A stretch of 58,988 nt of DNA, filler included, from Platydemus manokwari (taxonomy: Eukaryota), in NCBI GenBank assembly GCA_037951405.1. It is 5 parts of 5 records of this genome, joined end to end, with 100 filler letters (N's around TTAATTAATTAA, not from the genome) between each part and the next. Parts side by side here need not be neighbours in the genome. Positions count along the whole stretch, not along the records: positions 40,517 to 49,711 come from JBBMOY011285095.1; positions 49,812 to 58,988 come from JBBMOY011287317.1; 3 more parts are not named here. One strand, 5' to 3'. Position 1 is the first letter of the stretch, and each line of letters begins with the position of its first letter. A program made the translations under genes and the position numbers. Under the pieces are notes generated by a model. That model was not told the origin of the DNA and searched no databases. It saw nothing but the letters and a program-made list of their open reading frames with translations. Below are positions 41,081-54,018 of the stretch, piece by piece.

Positions 41081-44076
41081 ACAAGATGCACTAAAAATAC
41101 TAAATCAATAAAGCACTGCATTAGACCATAAAATGATACTCACAGATAACAAGAAGCCAAACTAAAATTAGAATAAGCATTTCAAAAACTAACGATTAGA
41201 AATTCCATATTACTCAATAACCCCAAACTGTAAGTGGAATTGTGATCAACCAATAAGACAACCACGAATGAAACACCATCCAGATCACTGAAAAAGTTGA
41301 TCTACAGTTCCACCACTAAAGCAATAACTTTTGGTGAATCAATTTACTGAATCGCATGACACACAGTGGGGAGAAATTTAAATACTTAATAGTAATTTCA
41401 GAACAAACAAAATTTAATAGCACGAAGAGTCATCATTATAGATTAAGCAAATTTAATTTGATTCTTATAATTGAATAATAAGCTAATTATTCTCCCAAGC
41501 ATCAGTTGCTATAGCAATTGAATTATTTCAAACAGGTTGTTTTTCTTTTTAATTATACAGTGGTTTGAAATGGTTTGTCCAATCTGCTTTGTCACAACGC
41601 GTAATCAAGTATTAGTGAATAATTTTATAATTGCATCTAGTCTTGATACTGTATATAATTGATACTCTATCAGTCTAACCGGTTGAGAACAGAATCAATT
41701 TGTTTATTAATGTTGATAAAGGAAAAAATATGTCGAATGAATTGAGAACAAATTATCGTCCTGACACAGTTAATAATAATTAATTTGTAGTTGCTCTTAA
41801 TCAATTTATAGTTACTAATAATTGTTTTCAAAAAATAATTATCCACTAATTTTATTGGATATTTTAAGATCTTTTCTTATTTTATCAATCGAAAAAATAA
41901 ATCGATAAAATAATTGTTCATGTGATGGAAATATATTTAAGTAAATATAATTTAATTTATTGAGATAAGATGAAAAGAGATATGATTAACCAATAAGATT
42001 TATCAATTGATAAATTATTAGTAAAATTCATGGTCATATTTTCTGGAATACTTCCAAAAATAAAATAGACGGTGTAATTAATTTTAAAATTCTGTTTAGA
42101 ATTTCTTCCAGACTTTTTAGTGAGATTATGATTGTTAATTATCTTTTATAACTTAGTGTATTTGAGAATAATCCAACCAACTCAGAATCTCAAATATATA
42201 TTAGGTCCAGGAGTGGCAAAAAACTCTATCAATTGACATGTACGAAGTGAACATATTTTTTGATTGAAGTACACTGGAATCAAAACAAAAAATTTTCAGT
42301 ACTGTATAAATATCGCTAATATTTATTTATTGTGTTGTTTGGGTTTGTAGTTGGTTGGGTTTAATTTCAGAAGGATTTGGCTCGTTGATTTGATTTTATA
42401 TTAATATTTATTTATTTTTCCAATACATTATATGACATCCAATAAAATCTCAATAAATTGAATTTAATATATTCACAAAATTGTTTTTATATTTTAAATA
42501 ATTTTTCATTGGTTGTGTACGTTTTATAGAATAACATCAATGTTATACATAAAATTAATATTTCTTTATAAAAATAATTTTTTGTATTCATAAATTGAGT
42601 AATGGAGACTATAATTTGATTAATACCGACTTTATAATTGTCGGTACGAAATTCTGGATAACCAAATAATTGCTGACATCAAAATTCGAAGATTGCAAGC
42701 TTCATTTATCTCACAGACACAAAAACTCAATACAATATCTCAAAAACGCAACCAAAACTTGGCTTCCAACTGGCAGTTATAGCCAAGAATTGATACTTTT
42801 TATAATGCTATCGCACACAATTACAAATTTTTATTTAAAACATTGTTCTGAAACATTCTATTAATTCTTATTTATTCATCTAACTAAATTATTAATGATT
42901 TTCTTTTCCAATTTTCCAAAGAATATTTATTCATAATTTCTAATTATTTTTTTACATACTCGACAACTGCAACAAATATCATTTCTTATTTCTCTGTTCT
43001 AAAGTTTGTGAAAAATACCAACACATGAAATAACTTCAATTTGAAACGGGAATTTTTCATTTGTTAATTTGTAGAAAAAATATTTTGAAAATATTGTCAG
43101 CGGATTTGATTTAAGAAGTAAACAGTGGTCTGTAATAATTTAGGAATTACTGATTTAAATATAACAATAATGAAAAAATTTGAAAAATTTAACAATATTA
43201 TTTTAATTTAAGGCGACAATAACTTTCTATCATTCACTAGATTAAACTTCATGAAATAATTGAAATAATAATATTATCAGAGCACTAATTTCGAGAAATG
43301 ATAACAATAGAATGTTCTCAAAAAACGACATAACAATATCGACTTATAATTCTCATAAATTCTTTTAGATTATAATTAGCCAGTTAATTGACCAAGAATT
43401 GTTATCTCATTATTATTTCTTCGGTTCGGTGATCAGAATTATTAATTTTTAAAAAGTTTCTAAAATATTTCACTTGCCAAAATCATTAAATGCTTAAAAT
43501 ATAATGACAGTAATTGTTGATGAAAAAACCGGTGGATATATTTTGGATTTGAGACAAATATGGAGATTGAAATTTTAAATATTTATCATTTCAAGTAAAA
43601 TATTACTGACAAAAGCTATTAATAATATATAAGTAAAACAATGTGGAGTCAGGCAGAAAAATAAATATCAATAATTTAGAACAAAGAGAATCGTTATTCA
43701 CTATCGCCATTATTTAGGTCATATATTGAAATAATGAAATATCTCAAATGAGTCTTTAATAGAAGATTTTTTTCTTATATAATTTCGTTCTGTACCTTGA
43801 GTAATGCATCAAAACAATTTGAATCAATAATTATTATGAAAAAAGCTGAAATGAATTTCAGATATTAATTCATTCATAATTTCCGTCTTAGACCTATACG
43901 GATTTATTTGTCACTTGATATGATAAGATAATTCTCATTCAATCATATCACTTAATCATTAGTTACAATGGAATAAATCACGTGAATTCAATATTCGATT
44001 TCTTTAAATATAATTCGTTAGTTACCAGAATTATTTCACAAAATATCCAGATATTGAAATTACTCTAATGATTAGA

Positions 44077-44106
<30 letters not shown>
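44077..44106. repeat. (AAT)10 microsatellite
   Basis: Perfect trinucleotide run just downstream of the PHF14 stop. Confidence 0.95.
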
Positions 44107-44109
<3 letters not shown>

Positions 44110-44391
44110 TCTGAAGACATTCCAATTATAAAAAATAAAGGTAAAACAAAAAAGTATTTAAAAGTAAAATATAAATCACGCCAATTCTGCAGCGTTGAAA
44201 AATTTTAATTATTTTTTTATTAAAAAAAAATTGCTCCACCAAAGAGAACCCCCCACGAGGTACCACCGAATCAGATATCATCACAACACCATCAATCAAG
44301 ATTCCAGATTGTCTCAGCTGTCACTAAAACTGCTATATTTTCACAATTAAAAACAAAAAGCCAATTAAAAAAGACAAAAAATTTATTCACA

Positions 44392-47300
44392 TCAATTATC
44401 AACAATATGAGGTCGCCTGCCATTACTGCCACTGAATCGGCCCAATGTTTCCGTTGCAATCAATCTCTCATCATCTTCCTCATCGTGACATTTTATCAGA
44501 ATTGATTTCTTTTCAACGGTTTTCTGATTCCCTGAGATACAATCCCTCGACGAAATCGCCGGTTTCTTAGCAACTACTCCAATTTGAACGCGATCAGATT
44601 CGGTGGAGTTCTTGCTCGACATACTCGTTTCGGATGATGGATAAAATGTGATTGGCTGATAAATGGAATCAAGTATTTCAACATTCGATATCCATCACAA
44701 ATACCTGTTTCAATGATTTGTGATCTGCGGACTCAACGGATTGGTTGCTTAAAGCATTGAGGTTATTATCTAATACCATACCATGACTGACAGTCGTTTC
44801 ATCTTTCGCGGCCACTGATACCTGATGTTTTGGCCAAATAAATAAATATAACCCCCTCTAATCAATAATTTTACCGATTTTTTTCTGTGTGACGACTTGA
44901 TTGTCTACAAAAAATCATGTTGAAATAATGAATATAATATAATATAAAAGTGCTATTGATAATATATTACTCATTAATTGTCAAACAATAGAATGAACTC
45001 AATTACCCTATAATATTTTGGTCTTTTCAATGACACCAAAGATTCATACTCATCGAGTAAGGTCAAGGGCTAAAACAACACATATGAATGAAATTTTGCA
45101 AGTAATTACAGAAACACACTCTCTTTCTTGGACGATCTGACTTACGTTGTGAAAATAAGATTTTTGGTTCATCTAAATATGAAAATAAATGAAAAATAAT
45201 GAATTGAACATCAGGATCATCAGCAAGATCATAGTAATCTAATGATAGACAGACATCACTTGTTGTCGAATAACGATCAGTGGTTCTCAACCCCGGGGTC
45301 GGCTAGCATTTTTAAAGGGATCGCTGAATTATGGTCAGTGTACAAACCATTACATATGAAAAATTGTGTTTTATGATGCTGTTAAATAAATAGTTTGTGA
45401 TGCTGATTAAACTGCTTCTGTTCACAATCCCCTTGACTACTACAGTTAAGTATTTTCTAGGTAATGTTATTATCTGATAATCTTATTATTACAGGTAACT
45501 CATTACTTGTTGTAAATCAATGAAATGTCGCAAATTGGTTTTATTAAATATGATGAGTTATGACTTGTTTTTACTAATATTGATTTTCTTTGGGGTCGCC
45601 AATATTTTAAAAATGGGGAAATAGGTCACCATAGAAAAAAGGTTGAGAACCGCTGCAATAAAATCACATTGACCCAATATCATTCCCATGTTTGACCATT
45701 ATATGATCTGATTCAATACCATATTGATTATAGCATACGGGATGTTCTATTTCCAATCATGATGAAGTGGACATAAAGACTACTGTAATTACCAGTAGAT
45801 CTTAGAGCTAATATGAAAATTCCAAAGAAGTATTTGACAATATTTATTGATTGTATCACAGGAAACATGATAAATAGCGATAATGATAGCAAAGCATTCA
45901 AGTTGTCAGGCTAAGATCGATTGGGCTAATTCAAAACATATAGCCAATCAGCATAAAATTTGATATTCACAACGAGTAATATAATAATATTAATACTATT
46001 ATCATTATTAATAATAACATAATTGATAATAATCATCACATAATGATTCTGGCAGTAATACAATGATCGGGACGGTATTGAAATAATATACGGAAATAAA
46101 TCCCATTGGATATTTACACAATTACCATGGTTACCCGGGAATTATTCATTATAAACATTTACCCAGTTGATCAGTTTTGGTGGTGTTCTGATCATCAATG
46201 ATTTCAGTGGCTTTAATTGGTGACTCTGGTTTATCATTTGACTGGCTTTGAGTTTCCACAGATTTATGAGTGGAACTATTTGTGGCTTTGTCTCCAAGAG
46301 ACCTGCTTCGAACACGTTTAATCAATGATTTCTGTTTGGTTTTCTTTAACAATTGCCTCGTGAATTTTCTCACACAAGTATAATCGTCAAGATGTCCAAA
46401 CTTTGTACGAATATCGGTGGATTTCCTCAATTGTCTCGGTTTATTAATATCGACTGCTTTTTCGTTTTCCTCATCTGTGGACCCACAAGCGCAAAGAGAG
46501 CACTGCCTGACGAATCAAATCATTATATTAACCATTGGCAAATTGACAACGAGAGAGAGATATATAACTGACTATGGGAATTTTAGAATTCCTTTGCCAT
46601 TCAAAATGTATAAATGACATGTGACAATTATTGACACAAATGACAATATTTATTACCACATATAAAACGTTAATGAGTTGTATTATGGTAATCGATATAA
46701 ATACCAGATTTGTAGATATTCATTTGACATGTACCTACAGGTAATATGATGGCATCGATTTTTATTTTTTTTAATTATTATCATTATATATAATTTAATT
46801 TAATATTTTATACAATAGAGAGCTTAAATGAGATAAAAAGCGATGAGACATAAATCATATCTTGATCGATATGATGCAGCATATCGTAGCTACAAAATTT
46901 CAAATGCTGGAACACGACAGCTAGACCACTTGTCAGCCGGATTAACAGTACGCCTTGCAACACATTCCTGTTTATCACTATAGATTGGAGATATCGAATT
47001 TTGTGTTAAATGAGGACATTGAGGTATAACATCGCTCGTATATGAATTAAAATTCAAATATCATTGGATATATAGAAATTGAGCTTATATAAATACAGCT
47101 CATTAGAATAGGGGTTTTATTGATCGTGATTTACAAGAAAATTTGATAAATATGATCGGAAACCAAGGATACAGATTTCAAATATACACCTAAAGATTCA
47201 GGAATTATATTTACAAATTTGGTAGATAAAAGAGATAGGCTAATTTATATTATATGATTAGATATTGAAAATAATTCGAGTTTATATAATCAAAATATAA

Positions 47301-48299
47301 TATCTTACCAGCCATATAGCTTGGTTTTTCTTGGCATTCTCGTCAGAGGTGGTTCCAGACAACCGATATGGATAAATTTACGACATTTATCACAATCAAT
47401 TAGTAAATGTTGATCACTGACACTCTTGCACATATAACACCTAATAGGATCAATATCAATAATTTATCTACTGACAAATAGTAAGCAATTGTAATGAAAA
47501 CAAAATTATTATTTGATATTAATTAAGAGATATCTGTTGTAATTATGGTTCCATTCTTGTTTCTCAATTTTTCAATGCATAATTGGTGCAACAAACTGAA
47601 TAAATCAATAATTATTTACTCTATTATACTAGCACAATTAGCACAATCTTCATTTATGCACGAAGACCAAACACCGTAAGATTAATCATTTAACAAATAC
47701 TCAGTTAACCCATGCTACCACTCATTGTGATTTTATTTGGATTACATACCAATGATGCTATCGTAACTATGGTGATGGTGATTTCTGAGTTTGGTTTTAG
47801 AACAAATGATAAAAAAACTAATATTTTTCCCTAAGGTACCGAAACGGATTAATTTATAAAGGTGGTCGATATCACATAAAAAAGCGCCCTGTTTTCCAAG
47901 AAAATATTAAAACCTCGGGATAATACATAATCACTGTCTTTAACAAATATAATTCAAATAAAGAAATTAATAGCAAATCACACTCGTTGATCACGGAATC
48001 CGTCTTAGAGACGACCTTGTTATTCGATCCGCTATCTTTATCACCACCGGATCTCTCCGATTCATTACAGTATCCATTTCCACAATTGGCATTGACGGGA
48101 TTCTCAAATTTGCTCACCAAATTGGTCAACATATCAACCAATTCCCGATTCTATCACAAAGAGTTCGATCAACAACGCTATTCAATGGCTCAATCAATTG
48201 ATTTACTTTGCTCAATTGTTTTATGATATCGAGTCTCAGCATTAATTCTTCCAAATTTTCTTTGTATTCTTTTGAAACCAATTCCTTTTTCACTTCTGT
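44392..48299 (-). CDS. PHF14: PHD finger protein 14, 3' portion (9 exons)
   Basis: In-frame GT-AG exons 48299-48207, 48150-47984, 47440-47309, 46506-46163, 45172-45120, 45069-45007, 44904-44875, 44821-44705, 44655-44392. The spliced PHD finger CYMCKSVSDQHLLIDCDKCRKFIHIGCLEPPLTRMPRKTKLYGW|QCSLC carries the PHF14-type DQHLL...PPLTRMPRKTK signature. Confidence 0.85.
45278..45655. mobile_element. Non-autonomous hAT (Charlie/Buster-like) MITE in a PHF14 intron, 378 bp
   Basis: 15-bp TIRs CAGTGGTTCTCAACC ... GGTTGAGAACCGCTG (14/15 match) with subterminal GGGGTCG motifs at both ends. The 8-bp TSD is no longer recognisable. Confidence 0.85.
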
Positions 48300-49711
48300 C
48301 TGTCAAAAATGAGGCAATAAATATATTGTACGAAATCAAATGTGATTTTAACTTTGGTTAGATTGTCTCTTATCATAATATTGTTTAATATCGATTATTG
48401 TTAGGAATAAATATTGAGATATAAACGATATTAACCAATTATTTGTATTTATAATGTAACAAATAAATATTAGCCAATTAAATATCATTAATGGTATACA
48501 TTGAGAGATTTTAATTGTTAAATTCAGTCGAATCCGATTAATATCACACCAATTGAAAATCAATTCGCCATTTACTATAGATAACTAATGATTTGTTTTT
48601 ACATATTGAAAATGGTTCAATTTAATTGGCTAAATTTATTGATTGATATCGTATTGCTTGTAAAAAACCATATTCCAGTCGGTAAAAAACAGGCTATGAT
48701 AGATCTATAGTAGTAATTATTACTGGTGACAAAGACCATAAATAAGACCAAATCTACGATGCCACATTTATTTTATAAATTAATTTTAATAATTTTATTA
48801 AATATACGCGATTAACAACATTATTATTTCCTGGAACATGTGTGGTGGCATTAACCGAGTTCATCTACATTATTATTTATAGCGATTTATTACTATTTAT
48901 TATACACAATTATTATTGTTCGGTATTCACATAATCAATAATGTTTTTATATATAATTATATTATCACTCATTATTATTAAAAATGTTTTATTTATTTCA
49001 ATCAATATAATTGTGTATTATTTTATTGTTTATCTTTATGACACAGAAATGCAATGACAACATGTAATCTTGACCCCCCTTCCAATATTCAAATGAGGTT
49101 GTCTTATCAGCTCCTCAATCGCTTAACATTGTTTTACAAATTATCAATGGTCACACATGAGTGGCATTTGATTAATGATTTTAATATTCACGATCAGAAA
49201 TATGTGTTTTGTTTAAAAATTAACGCTGAATGTAAACATTATCATATTTTAATCTCACAAACACACTCATGAACAGTTCAGAAACTAATCCAATTGAATA
49301 AAAATGTTGGATTCGAAAACCCATGGAACACAGTTGAGTAGAAAATACTACCAAATTCATTGAATGAAATGGCTCAATAGTCACGATATTAACAATTATA
49401 TAATTGATAATGAAAATATGAAATCAAGTACAATTGGAACACAGAAAAGAACAAATTCAACGTTATAATCGATGATAAATCAATCAATTGAATAAATTAT
49501 CAGAATTCTTTGGTTTATTGGATAATAAAAATAAATGATATCTATAAATCTCTATAATTCTATAAATCACGTGACTGATAATTAATTAATTGAAATAATT
49601 TAATTATAATTAAAAATAATAATAATAACAAATAATAATAATAATAACAATAAAAAAAATAAATAATACACATAAATAATACCAAATGATAATCATAACT
49701 CCTAATCACAA

Positions 49712-49811
49712 NNNNNNNNNNNNNNNNNNNNNNNNNNNNNNNNNNNNNNNNNNNNTTAATTAATTAANNNNNNNNNNNNNNNNNNNNNNNNNNNNNNNNN
49801 NNNNNNNNNNN
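49712..49811. other. Artificial contig spacer N44-TTAATTAATTAA-N44
   Basis: Same 100-nt spacer. Confidence 0.97.
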
Positions 49812-52800
49812 TTAACATGCAAATCCCTTAATATCTCCAAACAAGAAATATATGACTTATACCACTTTCATAATCAAGGGCACAATTAAAGAATATCAAT
49901 AAAGATAAATTAATAAAATTTAATTCATTAGCAATGCTTAATGTCAAAGTTATTTCAATTTTAAATATCAGAAACATTAACATTGTAATTTAAAAAATTC
50001 CATAAAAATTGCGGTGCAAAGTATTGAAAATATTAAATTTTATTGGGTGATTGACGGGTAAAAGCAGTCATCACTCATAATCGATATAATCTCCATGATA
50101 TTAATTCAAATGACTTAAACTTCGGTCACATTGAATTTCCGATCAATATAATTTTCAGTTAAACTTGGAAAATTAAAGACCAATACAACTTATTTTCGGG
50201 AAATACATAATTTTAATTAATAAAATAGCCCACCAAAAGGCCTTTGGTTGCAATAAATATTCTTTTAAAATATATACTTCAGGATTTTTAAGGAGTTAAT
50301 AGTTGCGTTGTTTAAATAAATTGTCCTGTTACAATTATTTGTTGTTGTTAGCATTATTTTTAAACGTCCACAACCCAACAATATTGATAATAAATTATTA
50401 TAATAGTATAATCCGACAATTTAAGAAAATAATGAACTATTTCTCAATCAATATTCTCATACTTTCACCATCAAAACCTCCTACTTTTCCCGTCAGATTA
50501 AATTTTCAAATTAACGATATTTCTTTGACAGCATTTAATTGATTCCATTCTTTGTCTGAGAAACGACACACATGAAAATTGATTTTTTTCAAAATCCACC
50601 AATAGGAAACTGATTCGTAATTATTCCATTTAATTCAATTTGTACTCTAATCATGTGACAAAAGTACATTTACAACCAAAACCGTGGTAACTCCGTGCAT
50701 TGTCTATCAGTTATTTGAAGAGATTTTGTGTGTATGTGTGTGTTTGTGAAATGGGCGTGTGTGTATTTTAATACATTTTCAGTATCGTGATTTTGTAGAA
50801 GCAAAGAGAAAGATGTAAATTACTCAACGCATTTACGACATCTTTGAGTTTACCAACTGAAAATTTGATAATATTTTCTATATATTTCTTTAAAAATATG
50901 TGTGTGAATGATTTGAATTCCTAGCCAAATATTGATGCATTGTTATTAGAATGAATGCCATGTTGATGGTTATTATTAATATCAGGTTTATAATTGTTAC
51001 TGTTTAAGCTTAAGCATCCCACTGTTATCTTGAAGCATTAAGGTTCAGCACTATTGTAGTATAATCGGCTACTGTTACCTTTATTGTCTACATAATGTAT
51101 AATAATATTTACACCAACTATTGTAAAAAATTCATAAGAGAAATGAATAATCAATATTTGTTGTATTTTACAATGCCAATGGAATTGAACTACGTGAAAA
51201 GTAAATTTTACAAATTTATTGTTCATAATATAAAATATATTTTGAGATTTTTTATAAAAGAGATAATAATAGTTATTAGAAGGAGGAACTATTCAAATAA
51301 TTCTTGCAATACGAAATTTATCATTATCATTAGCTTATTCTTTGACATTTTCGTCATCTTACATTTCTTGGTCAATGATAATCTTCATCATTCATTTATT
51401 TGAGGAAGTATAATGTTAGGAATAAGCATAATCAATATAACAATTACAATGGGGGTGTCAATAATCATGTTAATAAAATTTTGAAAAGCAATATTATTCA
51501 TCACGTTGTCATGGCGATTGTTGGTGTAACTATAGTGTTATTGAGTGAAGATGAAATCACACAAAAGAAAAACGATTTTGCACTTCGAAACCCTTACTTT
51601 AGTACTCTGAGCATTTGCATGACTACACCACAATACAGGTATAGCAACCTGCCAGTCATAGAGGGTTTAAATGGAAAGATACAAATGCGAAAAATTGACA
51701 TAAATACAAAGTGAAGACACATATGGAGTGACCCATGCAGATCATGCGAAATCAATAATTCCAATTGGAACTTGAGAAATGAGAGATCAAATCAAAATGT
51801 GATACACAAATTTTAATTATAAATACTGATGTAACGATGGCCAGCTATCAATGGAAAGCCGAGTATTATGATATTTTTGTATTTGATTTGTGAAATATTT
51901 GAATAAATTTTGGAGTTGTTTATCTTCGGACTGATTATTACGATTCAGTGGAATATAAATTGCAACCCTCCATTCTTTTGGACCCAAGAGTATTTTTTTA
52001 AATCAAATGTTTCCACCGCGGTTCATTATCAAGAATAAATGAATAAGTCACACATCCATACATAAAATAATATTGTTAATTTATAATGTTAATTGATAAT
52101 TAAATACACCCTGAAATGAAATAATAATAATAATACAATTGATTGGCTTATAAATAAAGAGCTGGTGAAGTGCTGAGTCACTCAACCAGAAAGACCGATT
52201 CACGATATAGGGTTAACAATATAATGAATAAAACTTACATAAAATAGAGGGGAAACGAAGATTGTTTAATTACTATCGAATCTTGAGAGGAGTGGTTTCT
52301 GAGCAGTTGCTGTCTAAGATTTACGTAAAGTTTCTCATTGTATTTCAACCAGAAAGTTGCTTGTAACTTTCATTAGCAGTTTTCGATGGTAAATTTTTGG
52401 CAATTTGTCTAGAATATTGTTGCCCTTATATATTAATTTTGTTGCCTTACTCGGCCAATCACAATACTTTTATTTTAGTAATTACCTATTTCTATTTTTT
52501 AACTTCCTATATTTATTAATTTATTTATGTAATTGTTAAATTCCATTTTTACTTATTGATCTATTTGTGGAATTACGTAATTCTATTTTTAGAATTTTTG
52601 TTATTTTCATGTGAGTAGCTCTTTTGCTTTGTTATTATGTTCTGTGGGCATAATGCTGATTGCCGGCGTTACGGCTTGGATCCTAACAGTATATAGTCAG
52701 AACCCAAATCATAAATTTTTGCATTTATGCATAATTAACGGAATTAATAGGAACAATTAGGCATTATAATTCGTGGATTTAATTATTATTTCCAGCAACT

Positions 52801-54018
52801 CAATCCTTTGTTGTTGTAAATGTAATTGTTTCATTAAATTTTAAAATAATTACACCAATCACCATTCGGAGATTAATTGAAACCTTTTAAGCAGTTGACC
52901 TCAAAGTCGTTAGAGTTTATTTTTCTTCAGGTCATTACAGTTCTTTTGGAACAAATAAATATATTCTTTTATCTTATATTATTATTTCTATTATATATCC
53001 GCAAACTATTTATTTGTTACTAGTTAGATATTGGTGGAAAAATCTAATATTTCTCTAACGAACCAACATAAACACTTCTAACTAAATCCATATTTAATAG
53101 CTTTAAATTAACCTAAACAAAACGTTGGAATATGAAACGGTGATTAGGATCATTATTGACTTCAAATAATACAAATCAAAAACTAGAAGAACAACTCAGT
53201 CGTGGCATATTTTCAATTTTTCTGTTTTATTCAAATTCCTACCTTTTTTTGTTTTCCCATTTTTTTTATTATTAAATATTTCCATATTTTATTTATACGA
53301 CATCTTATTTTTTTAATATTGAAATTTTATATTCAAAAATTTTAAAGCTGAGAGTTTAACAGCATTTTTTTAAGCAAGATCCTTTTATAAATATTAATAT
53401 GCTATATTCATTTTTAATATAATTATTCAAAACTAACTTTTTGTTCAATTTTTAATAATTTTAATCCTATGTATATTTTAATGATTTATCGTATTTTTAA
53501 ATAAACCTCACAAAGTGATATTATTAGATTGCTTCTGATTTGTCAATTGATTTGTATGTACGACTTATTAGGTATGCATGTTCATAACTTGTCGAATAAG
53601 GTAAAAATGACCATTAATTTCATTGGAATATTCCATATTCCACAAAATTCTGATAAGAATTGATTATAAGTCTAATATAAATTATGGATTTTTATCATAA
53701 ACATAGATTTAAACTATTATTGATTTTAATATATTGTTTAATGGATATTTAAATTTAAAAATCCATTTTCATTGGTATTATTCAAAAACAAAATATTGAT
53801 TAAATACAAAATTCACCATGGGTTAATTGATGATTTTCGGAAATAATCCAGCCGACACATTGACCAACATCTGTGAAAGAGAAATGTTAAACATTGATAA
53901 TACAAAAATATATAAACGTTAAAAATCCATTCATAAATCATTGAAAAACACAAGAAAAACCACCTCATAAAGTATAATTAAATTCAAACAAGAAACATAA
54001 AAAACAGAAAAGTATCAA

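Noticed and set aside
49054-51714. Short I/N/F/K-rich ORFs (e.g. 49054, 50303, 51095, 51400) and similar ones throughout the window
   Set aside because: Chance ORFs expected in AT-rich intronic or intergenic DNA and AAT tracts; no motifs or splice context.
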